From a bacterium (GTDB lineage Bacteria; Hinthialibacterota; Hinthialibacteria; Hinthialibacterales; Hinthialibacteraceae): DNA of 64,000 bases. The notes under the pieces are model-generated. The model searched no databases. It saw only the letters and a list, made by a program, of their open reading frames with translations, and had not been told where the DNA came from. Location: assembly GCA_041946805.1 (NCBI GenBank), contig JBHGBC010000014.1:12390-76389 (forward strand). The letters are read 5' to 3'. Every line of letters starts with the position of its first letter. Position 1 is the first letter of the stretch. Positions 20,040-30,279 of this stretch are shown in pieces. Position numbers and translations under genes: made by a program.

Positions 20040-21755
20040 TTAGATTTCATCGCCGGCGGTGATGCGCGCGACTTCGACCATGGTGGTGGTCCCGCGCAGG
20101 ACCTTGAGCCAGCCGTCCTCGCGCAAGGTTCGCATGCCTTGCTTGCGGGCCATGGCGCGGATCTGGTCCGTGGCGGAATTGCGGAGCACCAGGTCACGGA
20201 TCTCATCCGAGTTTTCCATGACCTCGTGGATGGCCGTACGTCCCTTATACCCGGTGTAGTTGCAGTTCTCGCAGCCGCGGCCGCGGTAGAAATTCTGGTC
20301 CTTGTATTCGTCCGGATTGAATCCCAGGTCCTGGATCACCAGGGGATCGGCCTGGTACGGCTCCTTGCATTCCTGGCAAATGGTCCGCACCAGGCGCTGG
20401 GCGATGACCGCCTGGATGGCGGAGGCGACCAGGAAGGGTTTGACTCCCATTTCCACCAGACGGGTATTGGCGCCCGGGGCGTCGTTGGTGTGCAGCGTGG
20501 AAAAGACCAGGTGACCGGTCATGGCGGCGCTGATCGCGATTTCCGCCGTTTCCAGGTCGCGGATTTCACCCACGAGGATGACGTTGGGGGCTTGGCGCAG
20601 GATGGAGCGCAGGGCCAGGGCAAAAGTCAATCCGATGTCGTCGTTGATCTGGACCTGGTTGATCCCCTCGATCTGGTACTCGACCGGGTTTTCCACGGTC
20701 ACGATCTTGGTGTCGACGGTGTTGATGACGTTGAGGGCCGAATACAGGGTCGTCGTCTTGCCCGATCCGGTGGGGCCGGTCATCAGGATGATCCCGTTGG
20801 GCCGCCGGATCATCTTCTTGAACTTCTCGATGTTGTCTTCCAAAAAGCCGATCTGCTCCAATCCCAGCAGAACGCCGGACTGCTCGAGCAGACGGGTGAC
20901 AATGCTTTCGCCGTGGAGGGCGGGCAGGGCCGAGACCCGGAAGTCGAAATGCCGGCCCAGGATGATTTTCTGAATGCGTCCGTCCTGAGGCACCCGTTTT
21001 TCCGAGAGGTCCATGCCGCTCATGAGTTTGAGACGGGAGAGAATCGGCCCCTGCAGTTTCTTGCTGGGGGATTGGATCTCGTGCAGCACGCCGTCAATCC
21101 GGAAGCGGATGATGAACTTGTCTTCAAAGGGTTCAAAGTGAATATCGGAGGCCCGCATGCGGACGGCTTCCTCGAAGATGAGGTCCACCAGCCGCATGAT
21201 CGGCCCTTCCTCGTCCACGGAAATATCTTCCGTGAGCATCTGCTTCAGCGTCCGCCGGTCCTTCTCGGAACCGTATTCCTGGTTTTCGCTGATCTCGGTG
21301 AGCATGTCTTCCACGAGGGCCTGTTCGCCCTTGTAGTAGCGCTCGATGGCCAGCTGGATTTCGTCCTCGCGGGCCAGCACCCACCGGATGTGCTTGTTCT
21401 GGAAGCAGAAACGGATGGAGTCCTGCGCGGCCAGGTTGAACGGGTCGGATATCGCGATGACCAACTCGTCGCCATTCTGGTCGATGACGATGGCCGTGTT
21501 GCGGCGCGCCATCTTCTCGGGCAGCAGGCTGACCACCTCCGGCAAGAGGCGCTTTTTCCGCAGCGGGACGATTTCCATGTTCGCCTGGCCCGCCAAGGCC
21601 TCGAGCATGTCCTCCGGCCCAACTTCGACGGTGGCGAAGTCGACGTCCTGCAGTCGTTGCGCGCTTTCCGACTCGAGGGCGTACTGGCCCGTCTTGGCCT
21701 CCTCCGTTCCGGTAACGCCATTGATGACCGCTGTCTTTTCGTCTGGGTTCGCCAT
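20040..21755 (-). CDS. pilB: Second PilB/GspE family ATPase
   Basis: ASDIHFEP, PQDGR, GPTGSGKTTTLY, VGEIRD, CQEC...CENC. Confidence 0.9.
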   Translation of the reverse strand: MANPDEKTAVINGVTGTEEAKTGQYALESESAQRLQDVDFATVEVGPEDMLEALAGQANMEIVPLRKKRLLPEVVSLLPEKMARRNTAIVIDQNGDELVIAISDPFNLAAQDSIRFCFQNKHIRWVLAREDEIQLAIERYYKGEQALVEDMLTEISENQEYGSEKDRRTLKQMLTEDISVDEEGPIMRLVDLIFEEAVRMRASDIHFEPFEDKFIIRFRIDGVLHEIQSPSKKLQGPILSRLKLMSGMDLSEKRVPQDGRIQKIILGRHFDFRVSALPALHGESIVTRLLEQSGVLLGLEQIGFLEDNIEKFKKMIRRPNGIILMTGPTGSGKTTTLYSALNVINTVDTKIVTVENPVEYQIEGINQVQINDDIGLTFALALRSILRQAPNVILVGEIRDLETAEIAISAAMTGHLVFSTLHTNDAPGANTRLVEMGVKPFLVASAIQAVIAQRLVRTICQECKEPYQADPLVIQDLGFNPDEYKDQNFYRGRGCENCNYTGYKGRTAIHEVMENSDEIRDLVLRNSATDQIRAMARKQGMRTLREDGWLKVLRGTTTMVEVARITAGDEI

Positions 21756-21898
21756 GATCGTTCTTCCACACCTTTTTGTGATGGTTTCACCGCATGGGAC
21801 CGGAAAAATGGGGAGGATGGAGGTTTGGCCGGCCCGTCATGCCGGCCGATCGATCCCGCTTTTCATCCTTCAAGTATATCTTCCCCGTGAAAAAAGCG

Positions 21899-24535
21899 TC
21901 AAGGAAGGGATCGGTCCTCCCGCATCCAGCCCTTGATTTGATTCACGATCGCTTCGATGTCCTTCCGCGCGGGATCCAGGCGCAACGCCTCTCCCAACGA
22001 GGTTTCCGCCTCTTCGAACAATCCCAACTCACAATACAAAAGGCCCAGCGAGCGGTGAGCATCCGCCAGGCCGGGATCCCGCCGGATCGCGTTGCGCAGG
22101 GCGGCCTCCGCTTCAGAATAGCGCTTCAATTTGGCCAGCGCAATGCCCTGGTTCAATGCGGCATGGGCATTTTCCGGATCGCTTTCCGCCGCCCGGGTGA
22201 ACGCCTCCCGGGCCGCGTCCCATTTCTCCCGGCGCCCCTGGATGAGTCCGTCGATCAGGCTCACCGCGGCCTGGGACCCGCTGGAGCCCTGGAAGGCTTT
22301 CTGAAAACCGCCGAACGCGGCCTCGGCCGTTTCCAGGCCGGCGCGCCCGAGAAACAGCAGCATCTGGTTGTAGCGGATGTCGCCGTAGTTGGGATCCAGT
22401 TTCACCGCCGCGGCGATCAACTCCAGCGCCGGTGTGGGATCATCCACCCGCGCGCAGGCGGCGGCCTCGTTGTTGAGGAGCGAAACCTGATCGGGCGCCG
22501 CCCGGCGGGCCCGTTCGTACAAGGCGATGGCGTCGTGATAGCGCCCCCGTTCACAGTAGAGATTGGCCAGGTTGTACAGGGCGGGGAGGTAGGCGGGAAA
22601 CCGTTTCAAGAGGTTCTCGTACGCGTCCGCCGCCTCCTGGGGGCGGTTCAGGGTGTTGAGGAACAAGGCGAGATCGTACCCGGCCTCGGGCAACGCGGCG
22701 GGATTCGCGGCCCAGTTTTTCAGGTCCTGCAACACGGCTTCCGTCGGCGATTCTTCCTCCAGCAGGCTGAGATTGATCCCGCTGGCCTGGCGCGCCCAAT
22801 CCGATTGGTTCTGGATTTCTTCCCAAATCCGGGAAGCCTGCGCGTTCTCGCGGCGGGCCAAAGCAACGAGAGCCTGGCCGTTCTGGACCTCGGGCTGCAC
22901 GGCGGGCGGCAGCTGTTGGAGATTGGCGGCCAGGCGGTTGTACCACTCGGCCGCCGCCTCGGTTTCTCCCAGACGGTAATGCGCGTGCGCCAGGCCCAGT
23001 TGCGCCCGGACGCTTTCCGCATCGCGGGCCAGGGCTTCCTCGAAACTTTGACGGGCCTTTTCGAACTGGAAGAGGCGCAGCTGGATCTCGCCGCGCAGAA
23101 TGTGAGGCGCCGCTTGTCCGGGTTGCTTCGCGAGGATTTGATCCGCCAGTTCCAGGGCGGTTTGCGCGTCGCCCGACAGGAACCGGTCCAGCGCCCGGGC
23201 CAGCAGCAGGTAGAGATTTTCCGGGTGGCGGTGGAACAACGACTCGAGATTGGCCTGGGCTTCGCTGGCGCGGTCGCCGGCCAGCTGGCTGAGCACCAGG
23301 TTCACCTGGGCGGGGAAAAAATCCCCGCTGTCCCGGATGGCGGAATTAAAGAAATCGGCGGCGTTGAAATATTGCCCCCGCACCAGGGCGGTAAAGCCCA
23401 GGTTGGAATAGGCCAGGTAATTGGCCGCGTCGTTCAACAACGCCGATTGATAGGCGTTGTAGGCTTCGTCCATTTTCCCTTCCCGCAACAGCCGGTTCCC
23501 TTGCTCCAGCTGGACGATGTTCACGAAAGGCCATTTGTTCATCAGGACTTCCAGGATCCGGCCGGCGTCCTCGGCCTTCCCCTGCCCGGACAGGGTTTCG
23601 TACAGTTGCACGCCGGTGATCAACGTCTCCTTGTAGGACCAGGCCTGGCGGAGGGATTCGACGGCTTCGTCCGGGCGCAGGATGAGATTGATTTTGGCGG
23701 CGTCCTCGAGCGCCTCGCGGGCTTTTTTCCCCTTCGCCTTCACGAGGTCCTGGAGCAGCACCAGAGTTTCGTTCAGACGGCCCTGGAAGTAGACCGAACG
23801 GGCGCGGTAGAAGTTGGTTTCTTCCTCATCGGCGCCGTATTTCAGGCCTTCCTTGAACGCTTTTTCGGCCTCGGCGTAATGGCCCGCCTGCAAATGCACG
23901 CGGCCCAGCATGACGTACGGTTCGCACCAGTGGGGAGCCAGCTCGGCGGCTTGGCGGGCGGCCGCGACGGCCTCCTCGTCCCGATGCTGCAAGGCCTTCA
24001 GGTCGGCCAGGACGAGATAAACCTCGGGGATCTGGGCATTTTGCGAGAGGGCCTGGTTGAGGTGAAACTCCGCCTGGTTCAGTTCGTCGCCGCGATAGCG
24101 TTCGCTGCGCAACAACGCCACCGCCCCTTGACCGCCTTCGGCCTCGGCGGCCTGATCGGTCTCGGCGGCCTTATCGAACATCGGCTGCGCCTGGATGTAC
24201 GAATTTTTCCGGATCCAGATCCACCCGGCGAGCACCAGGGCGCGGGGGTCTTCCTCGCGCACGCGCAGAAGCGGCTCCAGCATCTCCAGCGCCCGGTCGA
24301 ATTCCCCCTGCCGGTACAAGGATTTCGCCGCCAGCAGGCGTTCACTGGACAGGCGCGCCCCCCCCGCCAAATCCGCTTGGAACATATCCAGCACGGCGCC
24401 GTATTCGCCCCGGTTGAAAAGGGATTCGGCCTTGGCGAGTGCATTCTGCCGTTGAATCCGCTGGACCACGTAACCGGTGAGGCCGGCCACCAACAGCACG
24501 GCTGCCAAGACGATAACCGGAATCTTGTATCTCAT
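21899..24535 (-). CDS. Membrane-anchored multi-TPR protein
   Basis: N-terminal TM helix followed by many TPR units (YSNLG, LYNLA, LNQGIAL, HRSLGLLY). Confidence 0.85.
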   Translation of the reverse strand: MRYKIPVIVLAAVLLVAGLTGYVVQRIQRQNALAKAESLFNRGEYGAVLDMFQADLAGGARLSSERLLAAKSLYRQGEFDRALEMLEPLLRVREEDPRALVLAGWIWIRKNSYIQAQPMFDKAAETDQAAEAEGGQGAVALLRSERYRGDELNQAEFHLNQALSQNAQIPEVYLVLADLKALQHRDEEAVAAARQAAELAPHWCEPYVMLGRVHLQAGHYAEAEKAFKEGLKYGADEEETNFYRARSVYFQGRLNETLVLLQDLVKAKGKKAREALEDAAKINLILRPDEAVESLRQAWSYKETLITGVQLYETLSGQGKAEDAGRILEVLMNKWPFVNIVQLEQGNRLLREGKMDEAYNAYQSALLNDAANYLAYSNLGFTALVRGQYFNAADFFNSAIRDSGDFFPAQVNLVLSQLAGDRASEAQANLESLFHRHPENLYLLLARALDRFLSGDAQTALELADQILAKQPGQAAPHILRGEIQLRLFQFEKARQSFEEALARDAESVRAQLGLAHAHYRLGETEAAAEWYNRLAANLQQLPPAVQPEVQNGQALVALARRENAQASRIWEEIQNQSDWARQASGINLSLLEEESPTEAVLQDLKNWAANPAALPEAGYDLALFLNTLNRPQEAADAYENLLKRFPAYLPALYNLANLYCERGRYHDAIALYERARRAAPDQVSLLNNEAAACARVDDPTPALELIAAAVKLDPNYGDIRYNQMLLFLGRAGLETAEAAFGGFQKAFQGSSGSQAAVSLIDGLIQGRREKWDAAREAFTRAAESDPENAHAALNQGIALAKLKRYSEAEAALRNAIRRDPGLADAHRSLGLLYCELGLFEEAETSLGEALRLDPARKDIEAIVNQIKGWMREDRSLP

Positions 24536-24699
24536 GCCCCGATATCTCCCCGTGTCTACTATCGAAGATAACTCTTGTGAGATGTAGCGTCAATTGAATT
24601 GTTGCCCCGCATCTCCGCGCCCTGGCCGGCAAACCGGCGGTCCCTTACCTTGCCCGGTGGTTATCTTATACAATTTATTATACTTATGAAAAAACAGCC

Positions 24700-27009
24700 T
24701 TATTCCTTCCCGTGCTCTTCACTCACCCGCAAAATCAACACTCCCCCCCCGGGCGGTTCGGGATTCTCGCGGGAACGGAACACTTCCTGCAACATCCCTC
24801 CATCCAACAATGTCTCCAGGGCTTTGATGTTGGGGGATTGTTTTTCCGCCGCCTCCAACCGTTGGGTGAAACGCTGGACCCATTGCTCATACGCGTAGGG
24901 AAACCGGATCCGGGTGTATTCCTTCTCATATAATTCGCGCAACAGAGGTTCGCCTTTGCCGAGGGGCAGCCGGAAGAGGCGGTAAAATCCATAATACCCC
25001 GGGCTGTTGATTTTCCCGCGGTCGTAAACGATGTACCGGATCCCTTCTTTCCGCAGGCGGGCCAGGAGCGCATCGGCCGACGGGCATTCCCACGACCAGG
25101 CGATCAATGGATCCGTGTTGAACCAATCGGCCCCGATGAAATCATTGGGACAATAGAAGGGATGCTCAATCCCGTGTAACAGCACCTTTTGTTCCGGGGC
25201 CGTGTTATCCCGCAGATACCGGAATGCCTGGCAGGGGCCGCGGGTGAAGTCGGAGACGTTTTCCAGGTAATCCTCCTGGCTGACCTGGCCGCTCATGACC
25301 CACCAGGGCGCGTTCTTGGTGGGCAGCAGGATGCTGGCGGATGTGAAGAGGATATTGTAGAAAACCGCCAGCAACACCCCGTATTTCGTCCAGCGGGACG
25401 CGGCGGCCAGTTCCTCCACCACAAGCCCCATCAGGGGGGCGGCCACCGCCAGGCCGGGCAAAAGAAACCGCGTGTCGCGGTACGTATAGGCCCACAGCAG
25501 ATACAGAAAAACGGAAAACGCCAGATGCCCGGCCGCGCGCGGGGTCCATTTTTCCCGTAGCGGCAGAAACGGACCCAGCAGGAGCCAAACCGCGCCGATG
25601 GGCCACGAACCGAAATTGTCCGGATGGGACGCCATATCGCCAGGATAGAACGTCGCGCGGAACGGGAGGGTCAGGAAATCGTAAACGCGATCGAGCAGCG
25701 GGGCTTGCAGGATGGCCGTGAGATTGCCCTTCAACCCTGCGTGATACTGGAAGAAGAGAGCGTTGAAGCCGGTCCACTCCGGGGTGGAAAACAGGCCGCG
25801 CGCGAAGGGATACACGGGATTTCCCAGAAGAATGAGATTCTTGATGTACCAGGGACAGCCCACCAGGGCCGCCACCCCGCCGTACAGCAGGGCCGGCCGG
25901 AGATGGGATTTCAGATTATGGAAAGCGAACACTGGCCGGAATCCCGCGTCCACCGGCCCGAGCAGCAGGAGCATGAAAAACGCCACCGTGGTCACGGCCG
26001 TGTATTTGCATCCCAACAGGCAGCCCCCCACCACTCCCAACAGCCGGATCGTGGGCCAAGGAAGGGAGTCCGGAGCCGTCCGGCGGGATTCAAACACTTC
26101 GAGGGCCAGGGAAAAACCCAGAAGGGTATAAAACGCCAGGCCGAACTCCATGAACGACCAGGAGGCGAAGATCGGCGCGAACGGCATGGAGGCGAGAATC
26201 AGGGCGGCGTAGACGCCGGCCCGCGGCCCGGCCAAGGTTTTCCCCATCCGGGCGGCCAGCAGGACCGTGAGCAGATAATACGAGGCGTGGATGAACTTGG
26301 GGCCCGAGATCAACCCGAAGGCCAGGGGGATGGCGTACAGGTATTCGATCAAAAAGGGAAAATTGGAGAAGGCGAGGTGGGGCATGAGGTAAAATCCCCC
26401 GTGCCGGAGATACAACCACGGGACCGCCAGATGATACCGCAGGCCGTCCGATTGCGTGGGCGGCATGAGGCACGAATAAAAGGCGTACAGCAGTGGAAGC
26501 GCCAACAGCGCCAGAGCAATCCGGAGGTCGAAGGGCTCTGTCCGCCACCGCGCAAACCGGTCCGGTATCCGTTGCCAATTCGGCAACGCCTGGAAAACGG
26601 CCGGCCCCACGAATCCGAGCGTCAGGAGCACGCACACGGCGAGGATGATGGGAAATGTAAAAAATTGTAAAAGCGCCAGGGCAAAGAAAACGAAAGACAC
26701 CGCGCCCCATCCGACCGGCACCGTGAGGGTCAGGGGAAGCGGGCCGGCATAGCGCAATCCCTTGGCTACCAGGATTTTACCCACGCCATGTCCGAGCAGC
26801 CAAAACCACGCGATGAAGAGAAATTCCCGGACGTGGGCGGTATAGACCGAGGGAGCGAGCGTGTAGGCGAAAGCGTAATAGTTATAAGCCAGAGCTTTCC
26901 AATTGGCGGGATTGTGGTATACGTAGAGGGGAACCACAGCGGCGGCCAGTACGAAAAAAATCAGCCCCTTGTTGGCGTTTTGGCCTAATCGACAGGAATT
27001 TGGGTTCAC
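24700..27009 (-). CDS. Multi-pass GT-C fold glycosyltransferase-like protein (ArnT/PMT-like)
   Basis: More than 10 TM segments; PPTQSDGLRYHL loop, GCKYTA, PWYIKNLILLGNPVYPF, RFLLP. Confidence 0.75.
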   Translation of the reverse strand: MNPNSCRLGQNANKGLIFFVLAAAVVPLYVYHNPANWKALAYNYYAFAYTLAPSVYTAHVREFLFIAWFWLLGHGVGKILVAKGLRYAGPLPLTLTVPVGWGAVSFVFFALALLQFFTFPIILAVCVLLTLGFVGPAVFQALPNWQRIPDRFARWRTEPFDLRIALALLALPLLYAFYSCLMPPTQSDGLRYHLAVPWLYLRHGGFYLMPHLAFSNFPFLIEYLYAIPLAFGLISGPKFIHASYYLLTVLLAARMGKTLAGPRAGVYAALILASMPFAPIFASWSFMEFGLAFYTLLGFSLALEVFESRRTAPDSLPWPTIRLLGVVGGCLLGCKYTAVTTVAFFMLLLLGPVDAGFRPVFAFHNLKSHLRPALLYGGVAALVGCPWYIKNLILLGNPVYPFARGLFSTPEWTGFNALFFQYHAGLKGNLTAILQAPLLDRVYDFLTLPFRATFYPGDMASHPDNFGSWPIGAVWLLLGPFLPLREKWTPRAAGHLAFSVFLYLLWAYTYRDTRFLLPGLAVAAPLMGLVVEELAAASRWTKYGVLLAVFYNILFTSASILLPTKNAPWWVMSGQVSQEDYLENVSDFTRGPCQAFRYLRDNTAPEQKVLLHGIEHPFYCPNDFIGADWFNTDPLIAWSWECPSADALLARLRKEGIRYIVYDRGKINSPGYYGFYRLFRLPLGKGEPLLRELYEKEYTRIRFPYAYEQWVQRFTQRLEAAEKQSPNIKALETLLDGGMLQEVFRSRENPEPPGGGVLILRVSEEHGKE

Positions 27010-27162
27010 CGGCGGTTACCTTTTTTTCAAGTCGGCGCATGGGAAATGCCGAGCGCGGCCGGATTCAGCCTGAAACCCCACAAGCATAGGCAATTTTGGT
27101 TCCATTCCCTAGTGACCCGGCGCGGTCTCGATCATGGTAAAGGTTTCGGCTCCCGTCCCACA

Positions 27163-29205
27163 ATGATACGCGTCCAGCTGCCCTTCCAACTGAAGATATT
27201 CCTCTTGTTCTTCCTGGTATTCGCCCTCTTGTTGTTATTGAGCACCAACCGGGTCAACCGGCTGGTCTCTCAAAGCATCATCGAATCCAACGAAAAGCAC
27301 TTCGAAGGATTGAAAACCATATTTTATAACCTTCTCGGATTTCGTCTCGACACCACCCGAAACGAGGCCTTGATGCTCGCCGATCAAGACTATCTGCGCC
27401 AGGCGCTGCAAATCGCCCGCGAAGGGAAACTGGTGAAGAGCTTTCTCGTCCAATCGTTTCCGGGCGCGCGGCGGCGGGATCTGATCGTGGTCACGGACAG
27501 CCAGGGGAACGTGATCGATGGAACCATCCGGCTGCGCCGGGGAGAGACGCCGCGGATCATCGCGGATGCCGCGGAAATCCAGTCTTTGCTGCAATCCTGG
27601 ACCGCCCTGAAAGAAGCGTTGTCCGGCTACACCAGCGTCTTCTACATCCCCGTGGGCCCCACGGCTCCGGCGAGCCTGTTCGCCGTCGTCTCGGTCCCGG
27701 TCATCCAAGGGGGAGAAGAAAATCCCGTGCTGGGAACCGTTTCCATGGGGTTCCCCGTGGATTCCACTCTGGCCAACGAGCTGCGGCGGGGCAGCCCGTT
27801 TCATATCGGTTTCGTCTTGGGCAATGAAGTGGTGGCTTCCACCTTCGAGCCGGAGCAACAAGCCCGGTTCATGAACACGTGGGCGCGCCTGCCCCAAGCA
27901 GACCAGGCATCGATGCGGGACCGGGCGCGGATCATCGAGATCGGGTCCGGCCGCTATCTCGCCGTGGCTTCCTCGTTTCCCACGTTGGGAGAGAACCGGG
28001 GATACTACCTGATTCTCAGCCCAATGGAAGAGACCATGTTTTTTTTGAACCAGCTCAACCACTCCTTGTTCCTGGTGAGGCTATTCATCATCACGGGAGC
28101 CTTGCTGGTGGTTTATCTCCTGGCCCGGCGGGTGGTCGCGCCGGTCTCCACCCTGGCCCGGGCGGTCTCGCGGATCGCGGAGGGCGATTACCGCGCCTCC
28201 GCCACGGTGCGCACGGGCGACGAACTGGAGATCCTGGGGAGGGAAATCAACCGCATGGCTCAGACTCTCCAGCGCCGCGAGATGGAAATCCAGGATTATG
28301 TCAAGCAAATCGAGCGCTGGAACCAGGATCTGGAATCCAAGGTGATGGAACGCACCCAGGATCTGGAAGAAAAAAACCAGACCCTGCGCCTCGTCTCGGA
28401 AGAACTGGGACGCGCCTACGCCCGGATCGACGAGGAACTCCAGGGCGTGGGCGAACTGCAGAAAATGATTCTCCCGGATCTCTTGTTCGACCGGGAGGGA
28501 CTGAACATCCGCGCGTTCTATCTTCCCAACGGACGGGCGGGAGGCGATTACTACGATTACATCCCGCGGGATCCGGAGATCCTCTTTGTATTGATCGCCG
28601 ACGTGGCGGGCCACGGCACGCCGGCCGCGTTCGTCATGGGGATCACGCGGGCGATGGCCCACACGTTGATCATGCCGAACAGTTCCCCCGCCGAGGTCTT
28701 GTCCAACCTGAGCCGGGTGCTGATCAACACCCTGCGCGCCGGCGAATTCGTGACCATGTTCCTCGGCCGGCTGGACCTCAAAACCCTCGAATTCCGCTAC
28801 GCCTCGGCCGGCCATCATCCCCCCCTCCTGTTCCGCAAACCCCCAGGCGCCCTCGAGGAACTGCCAGTGGGACGGGGCATGCCCCTGGGGATTGTGGACG
28901 ATCCGGTCTACGAGGAACTCAACGCCGTCCTCCACCCCGGAGACCGCTTGTTTCTGTACACCGATGGCATCGTGGAAGCGGCCAACAGCCGGCGGGAATT
29001 GTATGGATTCCTCCGGTTGCGCACCCTGATCCGCAACCACCGGGACCTCCCCGCCGGCGAGCTGCTGAACACGATCCTGCGGGACCTGGAGGCCTTCGCG
29101 CAGCGGCCCTTGGACTTGGAGCCCCTGGAAGACGACATCACCCTGATGGTATTGGATTTACAGACCGCGAGCCTGACGGCGCCGGGCGCTTCGGAGTCCG
29201 GATAA
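27163..29205 (+). CDS. Sensor PP2C/SpoIIE (RsbU-like) phosphatase with HAMP domain
   Basis: Two TM helices with an extracytoplasmic domain, HAMP (DELEILGREINRM), GGDYYD, IADVAGHG, SAGH, YTDGIVE, DDIT. Confidence 0.9.
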   Translation: MIRVQLPFQLKIFLLFFLVFALLLLLSTNRVNRLVSQSIIESNEKHFEGLKTIFYNLLGFRLDTTRNEALMLADQDYLRQALQIAREGKLVKSFLVQSFPGARRRDLIVVTDSQGNVIDGTIRLRRGETPRIIADAAEIQSLLQSWTALKEALSGYTSVFYIPVGPTAPASLFAVVSVPVIQGGEENPVLGTVSMGFPVDSTLANELRRGSPFHIGFVLGNEVVASTFEPEQQARFMNTWARLPQADQASMRDRARIIEIGSGRYLAVASSFPTLGENRGYYLILSPMEETMFFLNQLNHSLFLVRLFIITGALLVVYLLARRVVAPVSTLARAVSRIAEGDYRASATVRTGDELEILGREINRMAQTLQRREMEIQDYVKQIERWNQDLESKVMERTQDLEEKNQTLRLVSEELGRAYARIDEELQGVGELQKMILPDLLFDREGLNIRAFYLPNGRAGGDYYDYIPRDPEILFVLIADVAGHGTPAAFVMGITRAMAHTLIMPNSSPAEVLSNLSRVLINTLRAGEFVTMFLGRLDLKTLEFRYASAGHHPPLLFRKPPGALEELPVGRGMPLGIVDDPVYEELNAVLHPGDRLFLYTDGIVEAANSRRELYGFLRLRTLIRNHRDLPAGELLNTILRDLEAFAQRPLDLEPLEDDITLMVLDLQTASLTAPGASESG

Positions 29206-29400
29206 GGTTCTGGGACCTGCCGACAAATCCCAGGGAGGATTATACTATACTCATCCAGCCGCGGGAGACATGCGCGGGAGGAAGAGAACCACCGGTCCGG
29301 AGACATGGAAAACCGAATCCCAGACGCGGTTCCGCCGGATCCGGAACAGCGCAAAGATCCAATTATCGGAATGGCTCGAAAGCCGGAGTGATTTAAAACC

Positions 29401-30279
29401 ATGAAACGGCGCCTTCCTTTTATCCTGTTCTGGTGGATGGGGATAATCACGGCGAACGGCCCGGCCGGGGCCGCGGATTGGAAAGCCGATCTCGACGCCG
29501 CCTTGAAAGCCGGCCAGGCCAAAAACCAACCCGTGGTGGCCTTTTTCTTTCATCCGTTTTATTATCAGAATCCCGCGCGCAAGCGGGAGGATTTTCTCGT
29601 CTGGGAAAGCCCGCTGGTCACCCGGTACGATCCGGATTTCATCCACGTCAAAGTGGACGTGGAAACGAACGCCGACATGGGGACAAAGTACAAGGTGAGC
29701 ACGTTTCCCGCGGTGTTGTTTTTCGATCCCCAGGGCCGGGAAATATTGGCCTTGCGCATCGAAAACGAGCCGCTCAAACGGTACCTGCTCGCCGAACGCC
29801 TGAAAGCGGCGTTGACCCAGATCGACGAATTCACGTTGGTCGAACAGCAAATCCAGAAAAACACCACCAATCCCCAATTGGTCCTCTCCTACGCCAAGGG
29901 GCTGCGGGACCGCGCCCAGTTCGACAAGGCGGAGGATCAATTCCAACGCTTGTTTCAGTGGCCCGGCCTGGACGCGAAGATGGCGCAGGACGCCCAGAGC
30001 GCGTATACCAACCTGGTTTTCTTCCGCGCCTCGGTGGATTTTTACGAGGGCAACTACGACCGGTGCATCGACGAGATGAAGCGCTTTCTCGAAAAGAATC
30101 CCGCCAGCGAGGCGGTCCCCCAGGCCCAATGCCTCCTGGGCATGGCCTTGTATGAAGGCGGCCGGCCGAAGGAAGGGGAGAGCCTCCTGCAGAAACTGTC
30201 CCGCAACAGCCAGGCGGGACCGTTCCAGGAACAGGCCAAACGCTACCTGGATGAGAAAAAGGGAGGGAAAAAGCGCTGA
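29401..30279 (+). CDS. Secreted thioredoxin-fold + TPR protein (no CxxC)
   Basis: Signal peptide; W..DLDAALK..KNQPV; VKVDV..KYKVSTFPAVLFFDPQG; C-terminal TPR. Confidence 0.7.
   Translation: MKRRLPFILFWWMGIITANGPAGAADWKADLDAALKAGQAKNQPVVAFFFHPFYYQNPARKREDFLVWESPLVTRYDPDFIHVKVDVETNADMGTKYKVSTFPAVLFFDPQGREILALRIENEPLKRYLLAERLKAALTQIDEFTLVEQQIQKNTTNPQLVLSYAKGLRDRAQFDKAEDQFQRLFQWPGLDAKMAQDAQSAYTNLVFFRASVDFYEGNYDRCIDEMKRFLEKNPASEAVPQAQCLLGMALYEGGRPKEGESLLQKLSRNSQAGPFQEQAKRYLDEKKGGKKR

Noticed and set aside
17085..20140. Nucleotide similarity between ~17085 and ~20110
   Set aside because: It is explained by paralogy of the two pilB C-termini and is not a separate repeat element.
21794..24571. 925-aa + strand ORF
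   Set aside because: It is an antisense shadow of the TPR gene, typical of high-GC DNA, and has no motifs.
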